Counted from the stretch's first letter, positions 25,377-35,503 are shown. The stretch: 63,918 nucleotides of DNA from Phycisphaerales bacterium (GCA_003485185.1 DNAS01000072.1:9843-73760), one strand, 5' to 3'. Notes: a model not told the origin generated them from the sequence alone. A program made the numbers and translations.

Positions 25377-26767
25377 TACCATTTCCCCGTCTTTTTCGCG
25401 GGGGCCTGGGGCAGGCCGTTGAGTTCGCGGAGGAACTTGTCGATGTCCGCCTGCGGCAGGGAGTAGTCGGTGAGCCGGCCCTCGAAGAATTTCTGGTAGC
25501 CCGCCAGGTCCATCAGCCCGTGCCCGGACCAGTTGAACAGGATGACCTTTTCCTTGCCTTCCTCGCGGGCCCGGACGGCCTCATCGATCGCGCAGGCGAT
25601 CGCGTGCGAGGTTTCCGGCGCGGGGATGTAGCCCTCGGTGCGGGCCCAGAGGACGGCCGACTCGTAGCACTTGAGCTGGTGATAGGCGCGGGGCGTGCAC
25701 AGGCCCTCGACGACGGTCTGGCTGACCAGCGGCGCCATGCCGTGGTAGCGCAACCCGCCGGCGTGGATGGGCGGCGGCACGAAGCTGTGCCCCAGCGAGT
25801 GCATCGGCAGCAGGGGGGTCATTTTGGCCGTGTCGCCGTGGTCGTAGACGAACGGCCCGCGCGTCAGTGTCGGGCAGCTTTCCGGCTCGACGGGGAGGAT
25901 CGTGATGTCCGCGCCGTGGATCTTGTCGCAGACGAAGGGGAATGCCAGGCCCGCGAAGTTGCTCCCCCCGCCGGCGCATCCGATGACGACGTCGGGCTTC
26001 TTTTCGCCGGCCTTGGCGAGTTGCTTCCTGGCCTCCAGGCCGATGATGGTCTGGTGGAGCATGACGTGGTTGAGCACGCTGCCCAGGCTGTAGCGGGTCT
26101 TTCCGCCCTTGTCGGTGACGGCCTGCTCGACGGCTTCGGAAATCGCGATGCCCAGTGAGCCGGGGGTGTCGGGCATCCTGGCGAGGATGTCTCGCCCGGC
26201 CTGGGTTTCGTTGGACGGGCTGGCGACGCAGTTGGCGCCCCACGTCTGCATCATCAGCTTGCGGAAGGGCTTCTGGTCGAAGCTGATGCGGACCATGAAC
26301 ACCTTGCACTCCAGCCCGATCAGCGAGCAGGCGAACGCCAGGGCGCTGCCCCACTGGCCGGCGCCGGTCTCGGTGGTCAGGCGCGTGATGCCGAACTGCT
26401 TGTTGTACCACGCCTGCGGAATGGCGGTGTTGGGCTTGTGGCTGCCTGCGGGGCTGACGCCCTCGTGCTTGTAGTAGATGCGCGCGGGGGTCTTGAGGGC
26501 CTTTTCCAGCCGGCGGGCGCGGAACAGCGGACTCGGCCGCCACATCGCCAGCAGCGCCAGGATTTCCTCCGGGATGTCGATCCACCGCTGCGTGGAGACT
26601 TCCTGCTCGATGATGTTCATCGGGAACACCGGCGCGAGCATCTCCGGTCGGACGGGCTTTCCGTCGGGGCCCAGCGGCGGCTGCATCGGGGTGGGCAGGT
26701 CGGCCGCCAGGTTGTACCACTGGCGCGGCAGTTCGTCCTCGGACAATTCATACTTATACGGTTCCAT
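25376..26767 (-). CDS. trpB: TrpB2-type tryptophan synthase beta-like PLP enzyme
   Basis: ATG 26767 with [28 protein letters not shown]-terminus typical of TrpB2, [15 protein letters not shown] (PLP Lys) and GGGSNFAG. Confidence 0.85.
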   Translation of the reverse strand: MEPYKYELSEDELPRQWYNLAADLPTPMQPPLGPDGKPVRPEMLAPVFPMNIIEQEVSTQRWIDIPEEILALLAMWRPSPLFRARRLEKALKTPARIYYKHEGVSPAGSHKPNTAIPQAWYNKQFGITRLTTETGAGQWGSALAFACSLIGLECKVFMVRISFDQKPFRKLMMQTWGANCVASPSNETQAGRDILARMPDTPGSLGIAISEAVEQAVTDKGGKTRYSLGSVLNHVMLHQTIIGLEARKQLAKAGEKKPDVVIGCAGGGSNFAGLAFPFVCDKIHGADITILPVEPESCPTLTRGPFVYDHGDTAKMTPLLPMHSLGHSFVPPPIHAGGLRYHGMAPLVSQTVVEGLCTPRAYHQLKCYESAVLWARTEGYIPAPETSHAIACAIDEAVRAREEGKEKVILFNWSGHGLMDLAGYQKFFEGRLTDYSLPQADIDKFLRELNGLPQAPAKKTGKW

Positions 26768-26869
26768 GCGTGGTCCTCGACTTGCGGGCCGAAAAGCCCT
26801 GGCGCACAAAATTGCCGCCCGCACGGCGGCGGGTCAGCCGCGACACGATACGCGCCGGCGGCGAATCCG

Positions 26870-28075
26870 TCAAGGCGCCCGCGCCGCGTTCATGGCGGCC
26901 AGCACCTTGCGAGCAGCCGTGGAGAGGCGCGGGTCGTTGCTCTCGGCCAATTGTCGCAGGCGCGCGACGACGTCCGGGCTGGCATAGTGGGTCAGCGCGC
27001 CGCGGACGGCCGCCTGCACGCGCGGGTCGGGGCTGTCGATGCTCCCGGCCAGCAGTTCCGCCGGAACCTGCCCGCGGTGGACCATGAAGCCCAGCAGGGC
27101 GTACGCGGCGAAGGCGGTGTCGCTCCCGGCCGCGGCGCGGGAGAGGATGGCGCGGTCCAGCGCGTCGCTGCGCTGCTTGGGCCCGTGGTAGGCCACGACG
27201 TGCGCCACGCCGCGCTCGCGGTCGTCCAGCAGCTTCGTCAGCGCCTCGGCGGCGCGGGCGTCGCGGATGTCCGCCAGTGCCGTCGCCAGCCACATCCGCC
27301 CGAACGCGTGCCGCGCGGGCTCCTGGACCGCGCGGATCAGGTCGGGCACGATGGGCGTTCCGACCTTGACGGCCAGCGCGTGGCCGGCCTGGGCAGCGAA
27401 GGCGTCGTCTCCGAACCGCGCCAGCAGGTCCGCGACGAACGCCTTGCGTGCAGCAGGCGAGAGTTTGTCCCACTCGGGCGGCGCGACGTCCAGCTCCAGC
27501 GCCGCCGACGAGACCGCCAGCAGCCCGCCGGCCCGCGGCAGGCAGACGGTGAGCCTCGCGCGGGCCTGCCCGGCCGAGAGCGCCTCGGAGAGGTTTTGCG
27601 GCGGCTTGTCCAGCGAGGAGACGTCTCCGGCGAGATAGGCGGAAAGGAGCTTTCGCCGGTCGGCGTAGTCGTAGCAGCCCAGTGCGGCCGCGTCGAAAGG
27701 CGGCAGTTCGACGGTCTGCCCGCCGGGCAGTTCCGCCGGCCAAGTCTTCATCTCCTTCGCGGGCAGGGTCAGGGCGGTCAGGTAGGCCTTGTCCCGGCTG
27801 TAGACCACCACCAGCCAGGCGCGCATCTGGCCGCGCGGGGGCAGGGCGACGGGCTGCTCGCCGACGTTGCGCAAGGCCGCGCGGACGACGAGCCTTCCGC
27901 CGGCGCGGACCTCGCCCTCGACGCGCGCAGCCAGTTGGAGCCCGGCCTTGGACTCACCCCAGGTCCAAGTCGGCTCGGCGGGCTGGCTGGCGGGCCCGGT
28001 GGCGGCAGGGGCCTGCGCCCGCGCCGCCGCACAGGAAAGAAGAACGATCGTCGCCGCGTGTCGCAGATGGATCAT
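26870..28075 (-). CDS. Secreted hypothetical protein with C-terminal HEAT-like repeats
   Basis: Signal peptide MIHLRHAATIVLLSCAAARAQA. Repeats such as ALADIRDARAAEALTKLLDD and DPRVQAAVRGALTHYASPDVVARL. Confidence 0.6.
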   Translation of the reverse strand: MIHLRHAATIVLLSCAAARAQAPAATGPASQPAEPTWTWGESKAGLQLAARVEGEVRAGGRLVVRAALRNVGEQPVALPPRGQMRAWLVVVYSRDKAYLTALTLPAKEMKTWPAELPGGQTVELPPFDAAALGCYDYADRRKLLSAYLAGDVSSLDKPPQNLSEALSAGQARARLTVCLPRAGGLLAVSSAALELDVAPPEWDKLSPAARKAFVADLLARFGDDAFAAQAGHALAVKVGTPIVPDLIRAVQEPARHAFGRMWLATALADIRDARAAEALTKLLDDRERGVAHVVAYHGPKQRSDALDRAILSRAAAGSDTAFAAYALLGFMVHRGQVPAELLAGSIDSPDPRVQAAVRGALTHYASPDVVARLRQLAESNDPRLSTAARKVLAAMNAARAP

Positions 28076-28081
28076 GGTTGG

Positions 28082-28111
28082 ATCGTACCCTCGCGACCGG
28101 GCGGGCTCAAG
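28082..28111 (-). promoter_or_regulatory. Candidate promoter CTTGAG-N18-TACGAT with the ATG 6 nt after the -10 (leaderless candidate)
   Basis: The minus strand reads CTTGAGCCCGCCCGGTCGCGAGGGTACGAT-ccaacc-ATG. It shares the 13-mer CTTGAGCCCGCCC with 18832-18861. Confidence 0.4.
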
Positions 28112-28204
28112 CGCCGCCGACGGGGCGGGGGCGGCATGTTTACACCGCCTCGCGCGGGGGATATCATGGGTTTCCCGGCCGAGGGGCCGGCAGCGAGGCG
28201 GACG

Positions 28205-29515
28205 ATGAGCGAGACGAAACTACAGGTGGCGCTGGACTTCGTGGAACTGGCGCGGGCGATGAAGGTGGCGCAGGCCGCCGTCGCGGGCGGCGCGGACTAT
28301 CTCGAAGCCGGCACGCCGCTGATCAAGAGCGAGGGCCTCGACGCCGTGCGGAAGCTCCGCGAGGCCTTCCCCGACAAGACGATCGTCGCCGACATGAAGA
28401 CGATGGACGCCGGGCGGATCGAGGCGGAGGCGGCGGGCAAGGCCGGGGCCAACGTCATCACCGTCCTGGGCGCCGCCTCGGAGACCACCATCCGCGAGTG
28501 CGTCGAGGCGGGGCGGCATTACGGGATCGCGGTGGCCGTCGACCTTCTGGGCGTGGCCGATCCGCCGGCCCTGGCGAAGCGGGCGGCGGAACTGGGCGTC
28601 AGTTGGTTGGACGTCCACTGCGCCATCGACGTGCAGATGACCGGCGGCGACCCGCTGGCGCTGCTGCGGACGCTCCGCGAGCAGACGAACCTGACGCTCG
28701 CCGTCGCGGGCGGGCTGAACTCCGAGACCGCCGCCGCCGCAGCCGCCGCCGGCGCCGACGTCGTCATCGTCGGCGGGGCGATCACCAAGGCCTCCGACCC
28801 GCGCCGCGCGACGGAGGAAATCCGCAAGGCGATCGACACCCGGCAGGCCGTCGCCACCACGCTGTTCAAGCGCGCCGGTGAAAGCGACCTGCGGCGCGTG
28901 CTGGCGGCCGTCCGCTCCAGCAACCTCTCCGACGGCGCCCACCGTCTGCCGTGCCTGGAAGGGCTCCGCCCGATCCAGCAAGGCGCGGCGATCTGCGGGC
29001 CCGCCGTCACCGTCCGTACCGTCCCGGGCGACTGGGCCAAGCCCGTCGAGGCCATCGACCTCGCCCAGGCCGGCGACGTGCTCGTGATCGACGCGGCCGG
29101 GCAGCCCCCGGCTGTCTGGGGCGAACTGGCCAGCGAGAGCGCCAAGAACAAGAACATCGCCGGGCTCGTGGTCCACGGCGCGGTGCGCGACTCGGCCGAG
29201 ATCCGCGAACTGGGCTTCCCCGTCTGGAGCCGCCTGGTCACCAGCCACGCCGGCGATCCCCACGGCCTGGGGGAGATCAACCAGCCGATCGTCATTTCCG
29301 GCCAGCGAATCTGCCCGGGCGACTGGATCCTCGCCGACGACGACGGCGTGATGGTCCTTCCCCGCGCGCAGGCGGTGGAGATGGCCAACCGGGCGGCCGA
29401 CGTGCTGGAGGCGGAGAACCGAATCCGCGCGGAGATCCGCGACGGAAAGAGCACCCTGGCGCAGGTGGTGAACCTGCTGCGATGGGAGAAAAAAGGCGGC
29501 CCGTCCGTCGGGTAG
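28205..29515 (+). CDS. Fusion: 3-hexulose-6-phosphate synthase (OMPDC-fold) + RraA/DlpA-like domain
   Basis: ATG 28205. HPS part: LQVALDF, ADMKTMDAG and VIVGGAITKA. From about nt 28868, the RraA-like part: GDWAKPVEAIDLAQAGDVLVIDA, VWGELASESA, GLVVHGAVRDS. The upstream 589 codons of the ORF-track entry are an antisense shadow. Confidence 0.8.
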   Translation: MSETKLQVALDFVELARAMKVAQAAVAGGADYLEAGTPLIKSEGLDAVRKLREAFPDKTIVADMKTMDAGRIEAEAAGKAGANVITVLGAASETTIRECVEAGRHYGIAVAVDLLGVADPPALAKRAAELGVSWLDVHCAIDVQMTGGDPLALLRTLREQTNLTLAVAGGLNSETAAAAAAAGADVVIVGGAITKASDPRRATEEIRKAIDTRQAVATTLFKRAGESDLRRVLAAVRSSNLSDGAHRLPCLEGLRPIQQGAAICGPAVTVRTVPGDWAKPVEAIDLAQAGDVLVIDAAGQPPAVWGELASESAKNKNIAGLVVHGAVRDSAEIRELGFPVWSRLVTSHAGDPHGLGEINQPIVISGQRICPGDWILADDDGVMVLPRAQAVEMANRAADVLEAENRIRAEIRDGKSTLAQVVNLLRWEKKGGPSVG

Positions 29516-29532
29516 GCCGCCGGGAAGACACC

Positions 29533-30078
29533 ATGCCGGACAAGGAATCCTTGCGGGCCGCCGGGGGCGATCTGCTCAAGCGGATCGGGGCGGTGATGGA
29601 AAAGGTGGACTGGACCAGCTTCATGGAGCTGGCCCGGCTGCTGCCCCAGGCGCGGCGGACGTACGTCACCGGCGCGGGGCGCAGCGGCCTGGTGGCACGC
29701 AGCTTCGGGATGCGCCTCATGCACGCCGGACTGCCCGCGTTCATCCCCGGGGAGACGATCACCCCCGCAGCGGGCGAAGGCGACCTGCTGGTGGCCATCT
29801 CCTGCACCGGCGAGACGGGCATCACCGACTACATGGTCCGCCGCGCGCAGCAGCTCGGGGCGAAGGTGGTGGCCGTCACGGCAGAGCCCGACAGCCCGCT
29901 GGCGCGCGACGCCGATCACGTGGTGCACATCCCGGCCGCGGCGGAAGACATCGTCGTGCGGGCGGCCGTCTTCGAGCACGCCGCCAGCCTCTGCCTCGAC
30001 GCGGTCTTCAACGTGCTGGCCGACAAACTCAAACTCGACCTCGAAACCTACCGCCAGCGCCACGCGAATCTCGAATAA
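29533..30078 (+). CDS. hxlB: 6-phospho-3-hexuloisomerase (SIS domain)
   Basis: 181 aa. [25 protein letters not shown]. Lies 17 nt after the HPS fusion gene. Confidence 0.75.
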   Translation: MPDKESLRAAGGDLLKRIGAVMEKVDWTSFMELARLLPQARRTYVTGAGRSGLVARSFGMRLMHAGLPAFIPGETITPAAGEGDLLVAISCTGETGITDYMVRRAQQLGAKVVAVTAEPDSPLARDADHVVHIPAAAEDIVVRAAVFEHAASLCLDAVFNVLADKLKLDLETYRQRHANLE

Positions 30079-30110
30079 GCCCTCGCGGGGGCGGGCCCCA
30101 CAGGGGCAGG

Positions 30111-30139
30111 CTGGACGCCGTCGCGCCCGGCGGTATAAT
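30111..30139 (+). promoter_or_regulatory. Candidate promoter CTGGAC-N17-TATAAT
   Basis: TATAAT at 30134-30139, followed by an AAGGAG RBS and ATG 30173. Confidence 0.45.
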
Positions 30140-30172
30140 GCGATCCTTTCACGCCCAAGGAGCCTGACGACC

Positions 30173-30940
30173 ATGACTGACCGACCTGTTGCCCTGGTGA
30201 CCGGCGCTGCCCGCGGCATCGGCGCCGCCATCGCCGTCGAGCTGGCCCGCAGCGGATACGACGTCGCCGTCTTCGACGTCCTGGAGGCCAAGGAAACCGT
30301 CGCCGCGGTCGAGGCGGCCGGGCGGAAAGGCCTCGCCGTCGCGGGCGACGTGACCAAGGCCGACGACCGCGCCGCCGCCCTGAGCGCCATCGAAAAGGCG
30401 TTCGGCCGGCTGGACCTGCTGGTCAACAACGCCGGCGTCGCCCCCAAGGTCCGCGCGGACATCCTAGAGGCCTCCGAGGACAGCTACGACCGCGTCATGA
30501 CGATCAACCTCAAGGGCCCGTACTTCCTGACGCAGGCCGTCGCCAACTGGATGATCCGCCAGCGCAAGGACCGCCCCGACGCCTGGCGCTGCATCGTGAA
30601 CATCTCCTCGATGAGCGCCTACACCGCCAGCCCGTCGCGCGGGGAGTACTGTCTGTCGAAGGCCGGCGTGTCGATGGCGACCAAGCTCTTCGCCGCGCGC
30701 CTCGCGGAGTTCGGCATCGGCGTGTACGAAATCCGCCCGGGCATCATCGCCACGGACATGACGACGGCTGTCAAGGACAGGTACGACAAGCTGATCGCCG
30801 AAGGCTTGACGCCCATCCAGCGGTGGGGCCGGCCGGAGGACATCGCCGCAGCCGTCGCCGCCTGCGCACGCGGCGAACTGAAATTCTCCACCGGAGAGGT
30901 CCTCAATGTGGACGGCGGATACCATCTGAGGATCCTCTAA
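30173..30940 (+). CDS. SDR-family oxidoreductase (3-oxoacyl-ACP reductase-like)
   Basis: [12 protein letters not shown] Rossmann motif, NNAG and a YCLSK catalytic YxxxK. Confidence 0.85.
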   Translation: MTDRPVALVTGAARGIGAAIAVELARSGYDVAVFDVLEAKETVAAVEAAGRKGLAVAGDVTKADDRAAALSAIEKAFGRLDLLVNNAGVAPKVRADILEASEDSYDRVMTINLKGPYFLTQAVANWMIRQRKDRPDAWRCIVNISSMSAYTASPSRGEYCLSKAGVSMATKLFAARLAEFGIGVYEIRPGIIATDMTTAVKDRYDKLIAEGLTPIQRWGRPEDIAAAVAACARGELKFSTGEVLNVDGGYHLRIL

Positions 30941-30996
30941 GCCGGGATTTTCGATTGGAAGCGGCGAACGGCTGCGAGCGGGAGCAAGTGCGAGAC

Positions 30997-33060
30997 ATGG
31001 CGAAAAAGACCCTCAAGGTGAACGGATTGACGATTCCCGTCACGAGCGTTCCCACGGTGGTCGTGGGGGCGGGCGCTGCCGGGATGAACTGCGCGGTGCA
31101 GCTCGTGAAGTTCTGGCGGTCGCGCGGCGTGAAGAACCCGCAGGACAAGGTGCTGGTGGTCACGGGCGGACTGGCGCTGGGCGCGTCGCGCATGAGCGGC
31201 TCGGACAAGCAGACGTATTACAAGATGGGCACGAGCCCGCGCGTTCCGGACACGGCAGAGGACTTCGCCAAAACGCTCACCGCGTTCGGCTGCTGCCACG
31301 GCGACAACGCCCTGATCGAGGGCATCTGCTCGCTGCGGGGCTTCTACCACCTCGTCGAAGCGGGCGTTCCGTTCCCGCACGACCCGTTCGGCGCGTTCAT
31401 CGGGTACAAGACCGACCACGACCCGTACGAGCGGGCGACGTCGGCCGGGCCCAAGACCAGCAAGTTCATGGCCGAGTGCCTCCAGGCCGAGGCCCGGCGG
31501 ATGGGCGTCGGCATCGTGGACAAGCGCCCCGTGGCGAAATTCCTCACGTCCGGCGAAGGCGCGAAAAAGCGGATCGTCGCGATGGTCTGCTTCGACATGG
31601 ACCGCCTGTCGCGCACGAACCCGGGCCTGCACGTGTACGTGGCGGAGAATTTCGTGCTGGCGGCAGGCGGACCGGGCGAACTCTACCAGACCACCGTCTA
31701 CCCGCGCGGGCAGTACGGAATCCACGGCGCGGCCCTGGCGGCCGGGCTGGAAGCCTGCAACCTCACCGAGAGCCAGTACGGGCTCGCCAGCATCCAGTTC
31801 CGCTGGAACGTCTCCGGGACGTACATGCAGGTGATCCCGCGCCTGTTCTCCACCGACGCCGACGGGCGCGATGAGCGCGAGTTCCTCACCGAATACTTCG
31901 ACGACATGGGCTCGATGGCGACGAACATCTTCCTGAAGGGCTACCAGTGGCCGTTCGACGCGCAGCGGATCACCGAGCGCCGGTCGTCGCTGATCGACAT
32001 GGCCGTGCACGTCGAGACGGTCGTGCGCGGGCGGCGGGTGTGGATGGACTTCCTGCGCAATCCCGTCGGGCCGCGCGAATGGGGCGCGTTCCGCCTCGAC
32101 GCGCTGGGCGCCGAAGCGCTGGACTACCTCCGCGCCACCGGCGCGATGCAGAAGACCCCGCTGGAGCGCCTGCGGCACATGAACCCGCCGGCCATCGAAA
32201 TCTACGCGGAAAACGGTATCGACCTGGCGCGCGAGCCGCTGGAGATCGCCGTCTGCGCCCAGCACAACAACGGCGGGTTCTGCGTGGACAAGTGGTGGCG
32301 GAGCAACCTTGCCGGCACGTTCGTCATCGGCGAGATGGCCGGCACGCACGGGGTCAAGCGCCCCGGCGGCAGCGCGCTGAACGCCGGGCAGGTCGGCGCG
32401 ATGCGGGCGGCCGAGTACATCGCCTGCGCCGCGCCCGCGGCCGCGCCCGCGCCGGCAACCCGCGCAGCCGTCCGCGAAGGCCTCGCGGCGCTGCTGGCTG
32501 AGCCGGTCTTCGCGCAGGGGCGCGCCGCGCGCGGCAAGTCCGCTGTCCGGCCCACCCCCGCCGAGGCGATGGACGAAATTCGCGTCCGCATGACCCGCTG
32601 CGGGGCCCACCTGCGCAGCCAAGCGGCCGCCCGAAAGGCCCTCGATGACGCGCTGCGCCAGTACCGCGACCTCCGCGAGGGCGGCATGAGGCTCCCGACG
32701 CCCAAGGCCCTCCGCGACGCCGTCGGAACGCTCCAGCAGTGCCTGACGCACGTGGCCATGCTCAAGGCGATCTGCGGGCTCTTCGAGCGCGGCGCGGGCA
32801 GCCGCGGCAGCCACTGCGTCCTCGCCGACGACGGCATCGAGATGCACCCAAAGCTCCTTGACCCGGAAACGGGCAAGCCGTACCGCTTCCGCCCGGAGAA
32901 CGAGGCCCTGCGGAACTCGATCCTCTGCGTCCGCTACGACGAGCGCGCAGCTGATCTGTTCTCCCTGCGCGACGAAGCGCCCCGGCCGGTCCCCAACCGC
33001 CAGGTCGCCTTCGAACCCGCCTGGACCGAATATCGCGAGGGAACGATCTTTACCGTCTGA
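30997..33060 (+). CDS. FAD-dependent oxidoreductase, succinate dehydrogenase/fumarate reductase flavoprotein-like
   Basis: ATG 30997. VVVGAGAAGMNCAV dinucleotide fold and GEMAGTHGVKRPGGSALNAGQV near the C-terminal third. 687 aa. Confidence 0.7.
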   Translation: MAKKTLKVNGLTIPVTSVPTVVVGAGAAGMNCAVQLVKFWRSRGVKNPQDKVLVVTGGLALGASRMSGSDKQTYYKMGTSPRVPDTAEDFAKTLTAFGCCHGDNALIEGICSLRGFYHLVEAGVPFPHDPFGAFIGYKTDHDPYERATSAGPKTSKFMAECLQAEARRMGVGIVDKRPVAKFLTSGEGAKKRIVAMVCFDMDRLSRTNPGLHVYVAENFVLAAGGPGELYQTTVYPRGQYGIHGAALAAGLEACNLTESQYGLASIQFRWNVSGTYMQVIPRLFSTDADGRDEREFLTEYFDDMGSMATNIFLKGYQWPFDAQRITERRSSLIDMAVHVETVVRGRRVWMDFLRNPVGPREWGAFRLDALGAEALDYLRATGAMQKTPLERLRHMNPPAIEIYAENGIDLAREPLEIAVCAQHNNGGFCVDKWWRSNLAGTFVIGEMAGTHGVKRPGGSALNAGQVGAMRAAEYIACAAPAAAPAPATRAAVREGLAALLAEPVFAQGRAARGKSAVRPTPAEAMDEIRVRMTRCGAHLRSQAAARKALDDALRQYRDLREGGMRLPTPKALRDAVGTLQQCLTHVAMLKAICGLFERGAGSRGSHCVLADDGIEMHPKLLDPETGKPYRFRPENEALRNSILCVRYDERAADLFSLRDEAPRPVPNRQVAFEPAWTEYREGTIFTV

Positions 33061-33083
33061 ACCGCCTGCGACGAATAGCTGTT

Positions 33084-33119
33084 CTTTCCGTTTTTAAGCT
33101 TTCAGCTTTCCGCTTTTTT
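33084..33119. repeat. Word block ctttccgtttttaagctttcagctttccgctttttt (family G)
   Basis: Shares two words of 12 and 14 nt with 25321-25347. Confidence 0.75.
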
Positions 33120-33237
33120 CAGGGATTCCCCCTACCGTTTTGCTCCGTCTGGGGGCGAATCGTACGTTTCCTCTGGACGCAGGCCGAATCCGCGCCTCCG
33201 CGCGCAGGCGGCTGCGCAATCGTTCGAGGAAACGACC

Positions 33238-33813
33238 ATGAAGAAATACGCAACGATTCTGATACTCGGGACGTGCGTCCTGGCCGGCGCGGCCAGGGCG
33301 GAAATGCTCGAAGGACAATGGACCGGCGAGCCCGGAACCGGCGTGCTGTTCACCTGGTCCGGCGGCGGAAGGATGCAGGACTTCGGCGAGTCGCTGGTGG
33401 AGGATTTCCTGACGTACCTGAGCCAGCTGGACGACGCCGACAAGGACGGATTCCTGGAAAGCCTCACCGGCGACGTGAACCCCAACGGATACGTCGTGCT
33501 GCACTTCAGCGCGTGGAGCAAGAACGTCCGTGTGGAACTGGGGCACATGCTGGATGTTGGCCCGATGCCGTCGGTGACCCGTGACTTGGGCGTCCTGTCC
33601 CAGCAGGGCGGTCCGCAAGGTGGCGAGGTGACTTACGGGACGACGTGGGAGACGCTGCTCGACGCTCCCCCCCCGGCGCCGCGGGAGCCGGAATCGCCCG
33701 CCGGCCCGACCGCGCCGACGATTCCCGAACCGTGCACGGCGCTGATCCTGCTGGGCGGCGCGGCGCTGGGAATCCTCCGCCACTACCGACCGCAAAGGGG
33801 CGCAGCCATTTAA
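33238..33813 (+). CDS. PEP-CTERM sorting-domain secreted protein
   Basis: Signal peptide MKKYATILILGTCVLAGAARA. C-terminus PEPCTALILLGGAALGILRHYR. GAGGAA RBS. Confidence 0.8.
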   Translation: MKKYATILILGTCVLAGAARAEMLEGQWTGEPGTGVLFTWSGGGRMQDFGESLVEDFLTYLSQLDDADKDGFLESLTGDVNPNGYVVLHFSAWSKNVRVELGHMLDVGPMPSVTRDLGVLSQQGGPQGGEVTYGTTWETLLDAPPPAPREPESPAGPTAPTIPEPCTALILLGGAALGILRHYRPQRGAAI

Positions 33814-33842
33814 AAAAACCTGCCGCGAGCAGGGGTCCGTTC

Positions 33843-33884
33843 AAAAGGTCCGCCGGTCCGCTTGTCGGGCCGGCGGGCCGTTTG
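33843..33884. terminator. Bidirectional hairpin terminator between convergent genes
   Basis: Stem ggtccgccggtccg-ctt-gtcgggccggcgggcc (two mismatches), flanked by AAAA on one side and TTTGT on the other. Confidence 0.55.
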
Positions 33885-34475
33885 TCACAACCAGAGGAAA
33901 CTCACCCCCAGGCACATCAGCAGGATCGCGCCAGCCAGCTCCGCCGGCTTGCCAAACCGCGCCCCCGCGCGCTTGCCGATGGCCACGCCCGTCAGCGCCA
34001 TCAGGGCCGCCACCACGCCGATGACGGCGCTGGCCGCCCAGATCCGCTCGCCGCGCAGGCCCAGCGAAAAGCCCACCACCAGCGCGTCCAGGCTGGTGGC
34101 CACCGACAGCGCCACCAGCGACCAGCCGCGCGTCGGGTCCTTCGGGTGGGCGTGCAGGGCCTTCTCCACGCCGTGCTCGGCCTGCCGGGCCACCGCGCCC
34201 GGCTGGGAGTGGATCGCCTCGTAGAGCATCTTCGCGCCGACGGCGAACACCAGCGCCGCCGCGACGTAGCAGCCGACGCTCCGCAGCAGCTCGGCGAGCT
34301 TCCATCCCGCCAGCCAGCCCGCCACCGGCATGAGGAACTGGAACAGCCCCATGTGCCAGGCGAGTCGGAACCGCTGCCCCGGGCCGTTCCAGCGCACCCC
34401 GACGGCCATGCAGACGCTCATCGCGTCCATTCCCAGCCCTGCCGCCACCGCGAGAATCTTCAGGAATTCCGTCAC
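33885..34475 (-). CDS. mntP: Manganese efflux pump MntP (DUF204)
   Basis: GTG start. LGMDAMSVCMAVG and a second SLDALVVGFSLG half-repeat. 6 TM helices. Confidence 0.8.
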   Translation of the reverse strand: MTEFLKILAVAAGLGMDAMSVCMAVGVRWNGPGQRFRLAWHMGLFQFLMPVAGWLAGWKLAELLRSVGCYVAAALVFAVGAKMLYEAIHSQPGAVARQAEHGVEKALHAHPKDPTRGWSLVALSVATSLDALVVGFSLGLRGERIWAASAVIGVVAALMALTGVAIGKRAGARFGKPAELAGAILLMCLGVSFLWL

Positions 34476-34669
34476 GTCGCAATCGCTCCCGTCAAACGGT
34501 GCAGTGTATCGCCGAGCGCGGGCGTTTTCGAGGGTGGTCCGGCGGCGAAAATTCCAGCATTTTTCGCGGTAAGTCCATGGTTGCCGCCCCGGGGAAGAAG
34601 GTAGCGTAACGTCGAGGCGCCGACGATGCGGGTCGGCCCGTCCGCGACCTTTCGCAAAGGAGCCCTCGC

Positions 34670-35503
34670 ATGAGCGATCTGTCTGTCATCCCGCGCGTGC
34701 TGCGTCCGCCGGCCATCGCCGAGAAGGTCGTCGCCGCCGGCGCCCGATCGGCCAGGCTGGACCTGTTGACCCTCACGCTGCTGGGACTGCTCGGCGGGGC
34801 GTTCATCGCGCTGGCCGCCAACCTCTACACCGTGACCATGACGGGGTCTGCGGCCTTGCCGTTCGGCGTCGCCAAACTGCTGGGCGGGCTGTCGTTCTGC
34901 CTGGGACTGGTGCTGGTGGTCATCGCCGGGGCCGAACTGTTCACCGGAAACAACATGTCGCTGGTGATGGCCGTCGCCAGCCGGCAGGCGAGCGCCTGGC
35001 AGCTTCTCCGCGGGTGGACGATCGTCTACGTGACGAACTTCGTCGGCTCGGTAGCGATCGCCTGGCTGATGGTGCAGACCGGGCAGGGCAAGTTCGCCGG
35101 CGGAGAGGTGGCGCAAACCGCCGTCGACATCGCCCGCGCGAAATGCGCCCTGTCCTGGACGGAGGCCTTCGCCCGCGGCGTCGTCTGCAACATGCTCGTC
35201 TGCCTGGCCATCTGGGTCTGCTACTCCGCCCACTCGACCACCGACCGCATTTTGGGCATCCTGTTTCCCATCACGGCGTTCGTGGCGGCGGGGTTCGAGC
35301 ACAGCGTCGCCAACATGTATTTCGTCCCGGCCGGGCTGTTCGCCAACACCACCGTCCCGCCCGGCGCGCTGACGTGGGGGAACTTTCTCCTGCGGAACCT
35401 CCTGCCGGTGACGCTGGGGAACATCGTCGGCGGGGGCGTGCTGGTGGGGCTGATGTACTGGCTGATCTACTGCCGCCCCCGTGCGGGCGGGGCGGAAATC
35501 TGA
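34670..35503 (+). CDS. Formate/nitrite transporter family channel (FocA/NirC-like)
   Basis: AELFTGNNM and GFEHSVANMY signatures. AAAGGAG RBS. Confidence 0.88.
   Translation: MSDLSVIPRVLRPPAIAEKVVAAGARSARLDLLTLTLLGLLGGAFIALAANLYTVTMTGSAALPFGVAKLLGGLSFCLGLVLVVIAGAELFTGNNMSLVMAVASRQASAWQLLRGWTIVYVTNFVGSVAIAWLMVQTGQGKFAGGEVAQTAVDIARAKCALSWTEAFARGVVCNMLVCLAIWVCYSAHSTTDRILGILFPITAFVAAGFEHSVANMYFVPAGLFANTTVPPGALTWGNFLLRNLLPVTLGNIVGGGVLVGLMYWLIYCRPRAGGAEI

Noticed and set aside
26438-28204. N-terminal 589 codons of the 1025-codon ORF that ends as the HPS-RraA gene
   Set aside because: This part is antisense to trpB2 and the HEAT-repeat gene and has shadow-ORF composition. The HPS homology begins exactly at ATG 28205 (MSETKLQVALDF).
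34476-34669. yybP-ykoY manganese riboswitch expected upstream of mntP
   Set aside because: I reverse-complemented the 194-nt leader. It lacks the conserved GGGGAGUAG, UUGACAUA and CAAGACC elements; only a loose UUUGACGGGAGCG is present. An Infernal scan would be needed to be certain.
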